Of a stretch of DNA of 30,631 nt, positions 1 to 7,116 are shown piece by piece. Origin of the DNA: a virus; IMG/VR virus record IMGVR_UViG_3300045988_175865, positions 118,001 to 148,631 of that record; one strand, given 5' to 3'. The notes under the pieces were generated by a model. The model searched no databases. It saw nothing but the letters and a program-made list of their open reading frames with translations, and had not been told where the DNA came from. Within the stretch, counting starts at the first letter, position 1, and each line of letters opens with the position of its first letter. Made by a program: the position numbers and the translations under genes.

Positions 1-785
1 ATAAGTAAAAACAACGGAGAATTGTGAACTGAAGATCCTAAGGGGAGTAGTAGACTTATAAGTTTATTTACTTCACAAGATAATAAGTATGGTCTACAAT
101 TAATAGATACAGAAGATGTTAGCACAACCACTCAATATAGACTTACTATAAATAATAGTGACAGGTATTGTACTATTGATTGAATATATATATATATGTC
201 TACTAACGGCTCTGGTTATAATTGCTTTATAGAAGCATATAATCCTAGTTCTGAATCTTGAGATATAATATCTCAGGATGCTGTTTTACAGGGGTGATCG
301 GGACCTAATTTTAGAGCTTTGACATCTTCTATATATTATAACAATTCCCCAAGTACAGCTTCTCAATATTCGAAACTAAGGTTTACATTTTCAACTAGAA
401 GTGTTAGTGAGAACTATAGTGGACAATTGACAGTCTATAGAATTTCTGGATATGGTACTTATGGCTGGAGAATGCCTAACAATATGTCTAAAGTAGGTCA
501 AATATATTCTTGGGATAATGCTCAAAATGTTTCTTTTCCAGGAAGTGTATCGGCTTGAAAATTTATCAGTAATGGGGGTACTAGTACTAATGTAACAATG
601 GGAGATGGATCTCTAAAAGATCTTAAAACTAAACAACTAGTTGTAAACGGTACTATAAATAATTTTTATTCATCAGATAGTGTTGAGGTTAGACTTTACG
701 CTCCTACTTCAGGTGGTACTAGTGGGCAGATTCTTGTATCTAATGGTAATAATGCTCCTAACTGAGCATCCTTAGATAGTTTAGG
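1..785. repeat. Terminal assembly overlap identical to 29847-30631 (circular or circularly permuted genome, unique length 29,846 bp)
   Basis: Direct comparison of the first and last lines gives a constant offset of 29846. ORF 319-558 reappears as 30165-30404. No mismatch seen by eye. Confidence 0.95.
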
Positions 786-924
786 TATTCAGCCTGCTGG
801 AAACTATATTGAAGCTGGAACTGGAACCCAACCTCAAATAAATACGATTACTGTTCTAACTCAATCAGAATATGATGGTTTATCAACAAAAGATTCTAAT
901 ACTCAATATTTAATAGTTGAATAA
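1..924 (+). CDS. Tail fibre protein, C-terminal 307 codons (continuation of 26889-30631 after circularisation)
   Basis: Frame 1 is open from base 1 to TAA 922-924 if TGA at 25, 181, 259, 295, 556 and 763 is read as Trp. It is the same frame as 29400-29873 across the junction. Contains the fibre-type motif GGTSGQILVSNGNNAPNW. Confidence 0.85.
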
Positions 925-925
925 T

Positions 926-1039
926 ATGAATGTAAAGACCGATTTAAAGGGATTTTATGTAGGTGACAGAAAGGGTATTGCCATTTATGTTGGCAGTACC
1001 CAAATCTGGCCTGCAACGACTACAACTTCTAATAAATAG
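926..1039 (+). CDS. Small hypothetical protein (37 aa) downstream of the tail fibre
   Basis: ATG 926 lies 2 nt after the fibre stop; TAG at 1037-1039. Sequence MNVKTDLKGFYVGDRKGIAIYVGSTQIWP. Tight packing with neighbours. Confidence 0.4.
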   Translation: MNVKTDLKGFYVGDRKGIAIYVGSTQIWPATTTTSNK

Positions 1040-1047
1040 TCCTAATT

Positions 1048-1275
1048 ATGATATTACTAAAGAATTCTAAAAATACGCAAACTTTCTATATTGCCAAAAA
1101 GACTGGAATAGAAAAAGGTCAATTACCTATTGGTAGTTATTCAAAAGCAGAGGTAGATGCTTTATTTCAACCAAAAGGAGACTATATAACTGCTAATGAG
1201 TATAATAACAAGATCAACGAGCTAGAAGCAACAATACAAGAGTTACAAAGTAAGTTAGCAGATTCTAATAAATAA
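1048..1275 (+). CDS. Hypothetical fibre-associated protein with C-terminal coiled coil (75 aa)
   Basis: ORF track entry. PKGDYITANEY plus NELEATIQELQSKL resembles the KGDY/coiled-coil segments of the adjacent fibre. Ends in TAA. Confidence 0.5.
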   Translation: MILLKNSKNTQTFYIAKKTGIEKGQLPIGSYSKAEVDALFQPKGDYITANEYNNKINELEATIQELQSKLADSNK

Positions 1276-1307
1276 TGTCAGTATTTTTATTTTTATTATA
1301 ACTTAAA

Positions 1308-1326
1308 GTGAGTAAAAAACTTGACA
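1308..1326 (+). promoter_or_regulatory. Conserved 19-nt motif GTGAGTAAAAAACTTGACA, copy 1 of 4
   Basis: Exact 19-mer shared with 23233-23251; close variants at 14275-14293 and 23137-23154. All copies lie just after the stop of a late gene block. Confidence 0.6.
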
Positions 1327-1330
1327 TTAA

Positions 1331-1360
1331 GGGAGACATTTGTCTCCTTTAATTTTATTA
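1331..1360 (+). terminator. Rho-independent terminator-like hairpin
   Basis: GGAGAC (1332-1337), loop ATTT, GTCTCC (1342-1347), followed by TTTAATTTTATT. Confidence 0.55.
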
Positions 1361-1426
1361 CTTTATCTAAAGTATTTATATTTTAGAAAAAAGATATGTA
1401 AAATTAATGTAAAACTATTGCAAATT

Positions 1427-1819
1427 ATGTATTACACTCTATTAATTCAGAATACTGTGAGTAAAGAAGTATATACATATAATTTGGAGAATTTAAATTA
1501 TGACGAAAATATTTATTATAAGTTCAATATTGTGCTGGATGATAATACACCTGACGGAGAATACCAATATCTGTTATTTGAGAATCCAAATCAAATTGAA
1601 GTTGTAGTAAACTATAATAACGTCTATGATAGCAAGTTATATGGAGATACTAAAATATTAGTAACGTTTACTAATACACTTACTAATGGAACTCAGATAT
1701 TAATTGCTGGTAAGCCTATTATGTGACTATCTAGTGGATTAATAAGAATAGGAGACTATAAATCTAACAATTATCAATATAATAAACAAAACAAATACCA
1801 AGTATATGACAGAAAATAA
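1427..1819 (+). CDS. Hypothetical protein (130 aa)
   Basis: First in-frame ATG of track ORF 1340-1726. Continues through TGA 1724-1726 to TAA 1817-1819. Overlaps the portal start by 14 nt. Confidence 0.5.
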
Positions 1820-2870
1820 GAAAAGTTTGAAGTTCTCGGCACTAGATCCATACATTGTAAGTAACATAGTAGAGCCTACAGAAAGTAAGAAAAGAGGATC
1901 AGATATGATAATGTGAGGCGATAATAATCGCTATCCTATTTACTTATGGGATCTATATTTAAACTGTGCAACATTACAGTCAATTATCAATGGAACTGCC
2001 GATTTTATCGTTGGAGACGATGTTATTTGTAATAAAGAGGGATTTAACGTAGTTGTTAATAAGAAAGGTGAAACGATAGTAGACATCTTTAGAAAGATAG
2101 CAATAGATAAGATGATTTTTGGAGGATATGCTGTTCAAGTAATTAGAAATATGGTTGGAGAAGTCAGTGAGATTTATCACTTAGATTTTATGAAGATCCG
2201 TTCTAATGAAAAGAATACTGTTCTTTATTATGCAGATGATTGGGAGGCTTGGTCAGTTAAGGCTTTAACTTATCCTAAATATGAGATAAATGATAGTGCT
2301 CCTGCTTCTGTAGTTTATAATAAAGGCTATGTAACAAGAAGCGTATATCCAATTCCAGTTTATGGAGCTGCTCTATTAAGTTGCGAAACTGAGAAGTGCA
2401 TTAATCAATTCCATTTAAATAACCTTAATAATGGATTTATGAGTAATGTTATTATTAACTTTAATAATGGAACTCCTACAGATGAAGCACAAGAAGAGAT
2501 TGAACGTAATATTAACGAGAAGTTCTCTGGATACCAAAATACTGGACGTATTCTTATTTCTTATAATGATTCAGATGTAAATAAGACTACTGTTGAAAGA
2601 CTTGATTCTGATGATTTCGATGAACGATATGAATCATTAGCAACTAGAACAAGAGAGCAAATATTCTGCGCTTTCAGAGCTAATCCTGTGTTGTTCGGTA
2701 TTAATTATGCTTCTGGATTCTCAAAACAAGAGTATCAGCAAGCATTTGATTTATACAATCGAACTATGGTGCAGCCAATACAAAAAGATATTTGTAAAAG
2801 TTTCGATACTATCTTTGGAATGAAAAATTCCGTTACAGTGGTACCTTTTAGTATGAATTGAAATGAATAA
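1806..2870 (+). CDS. Portal protein (354 aa)
   Basis: ATG 1806 to TAA 2868-2870, with in-frame TGA at 1914 and 2859. The N-terminal WGDNNRYPIYLWDLYLNCATLQSIINGTADFIVG and later FRANPVLFG segments look like Phage_portal-type proteins. Recognised by eye. Confidence 0.75.
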
Positions 2871-3456
2871 TTATACTGTTTATTGCCATATTAATAAATA
2901 TAATAATAAAATTTATATAGGTATTACTGGACAAGATCCTAAAAAACGTTGAGGAAATGGGAAAGGTTATAAGAATTCCTTTTTCTTTAATGCAATACAA
3001 AAATATGGCTGAGATAATTTCGAGCATAAAATCCTGTATACTAATTTATCTAAATTAGATGCAGAGCTTATAGAAATAGATTTAATACATTATTATAAAT
3101 CTATTAATAAAAGCTATAATATTGCTAATGGAGGTAATGTTACTACAGGATTAAAGATGTCAGAACAAGCGAGAAAAAACATATCACAAGGGCATATAGG
3201 ACTTAAAAGAAGTGATTCATTTAAAGAGAAGATAAGAGTTGCCAATAAAAATCGTTCTGACGAAATAAAAAGAAAACTGATAGATAGCAATAAACGTCCT
3301 ATAATTCAGCTATCATTAGATGGAGTCTTTATAAACGAATATGAGAGTATTAAAGATGCAGAGTTACAATTAGGGATATGACATCAAAATATATCTAAAT
3401 GTTGTAAAAACATCTATAAAACTGCTGGAGGATATAAATGACAGTATAAACAGTAA
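2863..3456 (+). CDS. GIY-YIG homing endonuclease (197 aa), free-standing between the portal and connector genes
   Basis: YTVYCHINKYNNKIYIGIT (GIY-YIG), KKR-W-GNGKGY (TGA 2950), KYG-W-DNFEH (TGA 3010), NUMOD3-like SEQARKNISQGH, C-terminal KTAGGYK-W-QYKQ. Four in-frame TGA; ends in TAA at 3454-3456. Confidence 0.9.
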
Positions 3457-3467
3457 AATTATTTACA

Positions 3468-4121
3468 ATGGAATATAGAAACGTATTACTTATATCGGAA
3501 GATTACATTAAGTCAGAAAGCAATTTAGATAACAACGTTTCTGGCAAATATCTTCAAAGTGCTATTAAACTAGCACAAGACATAGAACTGCAGTCTTTAA
3601 TTGGAACTAAGCTATTAGAGGCATTACAAAAGAAATGTATTGACTGAGTAGATCCAAGTGTTGAAGGTGCAGTTGCAGATTCAATAGATGATCCAGATAA
3701 TATTAAGTATAAAGAACTATTAGATTACTATGTTACTCCATTCTTGTTATTTCAAGTATTGTCGGAAGTAATCGTTCCTATTACTTATAAGCTAAGTAAT
3801 TTTGGAGTTATGAGAACTGACGATGAGAAAGATCTAGCTGCAGATGCGAGTCAAATTAATCTATTACGTAAATATTACAAAGATAAAGCAGATTTCTTTA
3901 AAGCAAGACTACAAGATTGGGTTATTACATATTATAATGATTTTCCTGAATTATATTCATATAAACCATTAAAAGATATGTATCCTAATTTATATAGCGC
4001 AAGTAGCTGTGGTCTGTGACTCGGAGGTGCTAGAGGTAAAGGGTTTTATACTAATCCAAATATAGGACCTTTACAGAGAGCTTATGATTTCCCAAGTTCA
4101 AATAACAATAAAAAGAAATAG
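3468..4121 (+). CDS. Putative head-tail connector/adaptor protein (217 aa)
   Basis: ATG 3468 to TAG 4119-4121, with TGA at 3645 and 4017. The N-terminal helical segment KYLQSAIKLAQDIELQSLIGTKLLEAL and the position next to the portal resemble gp6-like adaptors. Weak by-eye call. Confidence 0.35.
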
Positions 4122-4122
4122 T

Positions 4123-4545
4123 ATGACATATTATGAAATAATCAATGGGCTAAAAGAATCTGCTCTTATGGAGCCTAATATTAATTTCGCTGGCAGTAAA
4201 GATATCTATGAGTTAAATAGCCTTCCTAATATAGATTATAATGTATTCTATATAACTCCAAATACATTTAATCTTGATGAAGATACTATTACATACTCAT
4301 TGAATCTTTACTATGTTGCCAGATGAGATGAAACAGACGAGAATCAACTTGAAGAACAGTCTGCTGGAATTTTAGCTCTTACAAATATAATTAACCGATT
4401 TAATAACACCTATCCTGATGTTCAATTATCTTACCCTTTAATATTTACTCCATTTTATCAAAAGTTCAAAGATATATGTACTGGAATATTTGTAAGAGTA
4501 GATATAATGGTAGATAATGTATTAGGAGTATGCGAAAATATATAG
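4123..4545 (+). CDS. Hypothetical virion-module protein (140 aa)
   Basis: ATG 4123 lies 1 nt after the previous stop. TGA at 4324; TAG at 4543-4545. No family recognised. Confidence 0.5.
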
Positions 4546-5108
4546 TATATATACATATATTTCCAAATGGAAAAAGGTATGTAGGGTTAACAACTCAAGA
4601 TGTTGATTCTAGATGAAGAAATGGGGAGGGATACAAACATCAGTTTGTTTATAAACCAATTAAAAAATACGGATGAAATAATATTAAACATATTATATAT
4701 TACGTAAACAATGAAACAGAAATGAAATATCTTGAAAAATACTTATTTGGTTACTATAATACTACTGATTTAAGATATGGGTATAATCGAACTGATGCTA
4801 ATAATCATCCGATATTTTCTGAAAAAACTAAAAATATTATGTCTGAACTTGCTAAAACTCGAATTGGAAATAAGAATCCATTTTATGGCAAGCATCATTC
4901 ATATGAAACTAAAAATAAAATAAGTATTAAAAATCAAAATATTAAAAATAAGCCAATTGCCCAGTATGATTTAGATGGCAATTTTATCAAATCCTATAAA
5001 AGCATACGATCCGCTTCTAGAGAACTGAGTATTGGCAGTGGTTTAATATGAGCAGTTTTGGCAGGAAGACAGTATCAAACTCATAAATTTATTTTTAAAT
5101 ATTTGTAA
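4530..5108 (+). CDS. GIY-YIG homing endonuclease (192 aa)
   Basis: KYIVYIHIFPNGKRYVGLT, DSR-W-RNGEGY, KKYG-W-NNIKH, NUMOD3-like repeats (TRIGNKNPFYGKHHS), C-terminal PIAQYDLDGNFIKSYKSI module. Three in-frame TGA; TAA at 5106-5108. Confidence 0.9.
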
Positions 5109-5764
5109 TGGAAAACAAATTAAAATGATTCGGACAGGTACTTGATTGAGTTAATAAATACGGGTTATGACAGATTATAAAAGGCGGATTTGCATTTATA
5201 TTTGTATCTTATGTCTTTATAATCTCTCTAAATCCAGGCATTATATATGATAAGGTTGCTACTTACATAGAAAATGTCCATAACGTTAAGCAAGTAATCA
5301 GACAAGATGCAGACATCAAAATACGTTACATCTTGAAAGATTTAAGAGTATCTACAAATGCAGATAGAGCTTGAGTTATTGAGTACCATAACGGTACATC
5401 TGGATTAGGAGGACTTCCATTTACATACGGAATTATGAACAATGAAGAATTAGAAGAAGGAGTATGTTCAGTATCTAGACATTATAGAGACTTCTTGTTA
5501 TCTGAGTATTTGTTTATTTTGGAGACTTCTAAACAAGGTGGATGAATAGGTAGTGTTGAGGATATAAAACAGTATGATACAAAAATGTATTATTCATTTA
5601 AATCTAATGGTGTTAATAAATTAGCTTTATTTTATTTAAAATCGGAATACAGAGATATTGGAGTAGTCGGCCTTTCATATTGTGATAATGAGATGCCAGA
5701 AGATACTTGAGTTAAATTAAGAGATGCAGGAATAAAGATAAGCATAATTTTAAATAAAAAGTAA
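5108..5764 (+). CDS. Membrane-anchored protein of unknown function (218 aa), first gene of the lysis cassette
   Basis: ATG overlaps the preceding stop (TAATG). Codon-by-codon reading is open to TAA 5762-5764, with six TGA (5126, 5147, 5168, 5372, 5543, 5708) and no TGG. N-terminal hydrophobic stretch GGFAFIFVSYVFIISL. The standard-code ORF track shows no ORF here at all. Confidence 0.7.
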
Positions 5765-5765
5765 T

Positions 5766-5927
5766 ATGAAGTATTGGGTAAAGTATTTAATCGCAGTTGT
5801 GATGATTATTGCAGTTTTGGTATTAGTAAAAGTAATTCCTTTCTGGATTACTATGGTATTACTTGCTTTAGCAGTAGGTAGCCATTTATTTTACAGATAT
5901 CTAACACTTAAAGACATTATAAAATAA
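5766..5927 (+). CDS. Holin-like small membrane protein (53 aa, two predicted TM helices)
   Basis: MKYWVKYLIAVVMIIAVLVLVKVIPFWITMVLLALAVGSHLFYRYLTLKDIIK: two hydrophobic helices and a charged C-terminus. Its stop overlaps the endolysin ATG (TAATG). Confidence 0.5.
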   Translation: MKYWVKYLIAVVMIIAVLVLVKVIPFWITMVLLALAVGSHLFYRYLTLKDIIK

Positions 5928-6376
5928 TGAAGTATTTTACAGTAGAGGAGTTAACTGAATCATCTACAGCAATTAAGGAAAATATAGACAACACTCCAAG
6001 TAAGGAGATCACTGAACACCTGATTGAGTTAATAGAGGAACTCTTAGATCCTATTAGAGAAAAATGGGCAGAGTATTGTAATATTAATAAACTTGGAAAT
6101 CCAGCAATAAGTGTAAGTTCAGGTTATAGATGCAAAGAGCTTAATAAAGCTGTAAATGGTTCAGTTACATCTGCACATATGACGGGTTATGCTGCAGACC
6201 TTCAAAATGTCTCTGGAAGTAGAGAAGAGTTTTATCAATTCCTATTAAACTTTTTGAAGGATAGAAATTTCGATGAATGTTTTATTGAATATAATAAGTA
6301 CACTAAGTGAATACACATAGCATTATATAATAGTAAAAAATTACAAAGAAAAAAAGTAGGTAAATTATATGTATAG
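5927..6376 (+). CDS. Endolysin, peptidase M15 family (D-Ala-D-Ala/L-Ala-D-Glu type zinc peptidase), 149 aa
   Basis: SGYRCKELNKAVNGSVTSAHMTGYAADL matches the M15 SxHxxGxAxD zinc-site motif. After TGA 6308-6310 the frame continues W-I-H-I, matching the conserved C-terminal W-x-H zinc ligand. Ends in TAG at 6374-6376. Confidence 0.85.
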
Positions 6377-6585
6377 TATCTATGTTCATATAAATAAATT
6401 AAATCATAAAATGTATTTTGGGATCACCAAACAAAATCCAAAAAGACGTTTTAGAGACGGAGAAGGTTATAAAAGTTGTACAAAATTCTACAAAGCAATA
6501 CAGAAATATGGCTGATAGAAGTGGAATTTATCGTACAGTTGGAACTTCTAAAAAAGCCTATGGTTATAGGTGAGAATATATTTAA
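6369..6585 (+). pseudogene. Degenerate GIY-YIG homing endonuclease remnant
   Basis: The first frame, 6369-6518, encodes MYSIYVHINKLNHKMYFGIT...GEGYKSCTKFYKAIQKYG-W and then stops at TAG. A +1 frame, 6514-6585, encodes ...KKAYGYR-W-EYI stop, the typical C-terminal end of the intact endonucleases. The middle of the gene is missing. Confidence 0.7.
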
Positions 6586-6600
6586 GATAAAATAAAGTAA

Positions 6601-6630
6601 GGGAGCCTTTTGAGCTCCCTTTTCTTTTTA
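6601..6630. terminator. Bidirectional rho-independent terminator between the convergent lysis and leftward operons
   Basis: GGGAGC (6601-6606), 7-nt loop, GCTCCC (6614-6619), followed by TTTTCTTTTT. Located where + and - strand genes converge. Confidence 0.7.
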
Positions 6631-6738
6631 ATAGATAATCTTACCAGTTTGTAGATCTATAACTGCATTTAAATCTTTAGGTATCACATACACATAATAG
6701 ACGCCATTTATACATACTTTATAAGTTATATACTCCAT
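6628..6738 (-). CDS. Small hypothetical protein (36 aa)
   Basis: Minus-strand ATG at 6738, TAA complement at 6628-6630. Spaced 2 nt from the upstream gene. MEYITYKVCINGVYYVYVIPKDLNAVIDLQTGKIIY. Confidence 0.4.
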   Translation of the reverse strand: MEYITYKVCINGVYYVYVIPKDLNAVIDLQTGKIIY

Positions 6739-6740
6739 AA

Positions 6741-6911
6741 TTAAATAGTTGTTGAGTTTGGAATTTCTTCATCTAAGTCTTCCCATTCTAATACTGGGCG
6801 TATTTCAACATCCTTTTTATACTCTCTTGCAATATTTTCAAGATAAACAATTCTGTACTCAAGTTTTTCGATTCTATCGAATAATTCATTAATTCTTTCT
6901 TTATCAGTCAT
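6741..6911 (-). CDS. Small hypothetical protein (56 aa), coiled-coil-like
   Basis: Minus-strand ATG at 6911, stop complement at 6741-6743. MTDKERINELFDRIEKLEYRIVYLENIAREYKK... Packed 2 nt from both neighbours. Confidence 0.5.
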   Translation of the reverse strand: MTDKERINELFDRIEKLEYRIVYLENIAREYKKDVEIRPVLEWEDLDEEIPNSTTI

Positions 6912-6913
6912 AA

Positions 6914-7081
6914 TTAGTCGTTTTTAGAATAAAATTTATAATCTCTTTGGCTTAAAATCTTTTTAATTGCAGCATCCATTTTGCTGCTTTCTTTTTTATG
7001 GTCTTCCATCCATATATCCAGTTCTTTTAAGAAGAGGTCTGAATCCCTCAGAACCTCTTCTATCGTTTTCTTTGTTTCCAT
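6914..7081 (-). CDS. Small hypothetical protein (55 aa)
   Basis: Minus-strand ATG at 7081, stop complement at 6914-6916. METKKTIEEVLRDSDLFLKELDIWMEDHKKESSKMDAAIKKIL... Confidence 0.5.
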   Translation of the reverse strand: METKKTIEEVLRDSDLFLKELDIWMEDHKKESSKMDAAIKKILSQRDYKFYSKND

Positions 7082-7084
7082 ATG

Positions 7085-7116
7085 CAAATATAATAATTAT
7101 ATTTTAATTTTCCAAA
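7085..7116 (-). promoter_or_regulatory. Bacteroidota-type promoter (TTTGGAAA, 20 nt, TATATTTG) directly upstream of gene 6914-7081
   Basis: The reverse complement of 7085-7116 is TTTG-gaaaattaaaatataattat-TATATTTG. This is the same -33/-7 architecture and 20-nt spacer as the three promoters at 8990-9191. Confidence 0.55.

Noticed and set aside
319-558. A 79-aa ORF that appears twice (319-558 and 30165-30404), suggesting a duplicated small gene
   Set aside because: Both copies lie in the 785-bp assembly overlap, so they are one locus. The Met is a TTG inside the tail-fibre frame. The frame is open on both sides once the flanking TGA codons are read as Trp, so it is an internal fragment of the fibre.
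1340-1426. TTG-initiated N-terminal extensions proposed by the ORF track (1340 for gene 1427; 14288 for gene 14333)
   Set aside because: At 14288 the TTG is the first three bases of the conserved TTGACA motif. At 1340 it lies in the terminator hairpin (1332-1347) just downstream of that motif. The extensions would run through non-coding regulatory sequence, so the first ATG was used instead.
1980-2180. Short minus-strand ORFs inside plus-strand genes (1980-2180, 10423-10614, 14269-14463, 15757-15948, 16974-17162, 20017-20235, 20444-20632, 23764-23952, 24773-24961)
   Set aside because: Each overlaps a well-supported plus-strand gene, and none has a recognisable motif or operon context. They are treated as chance ORFs.
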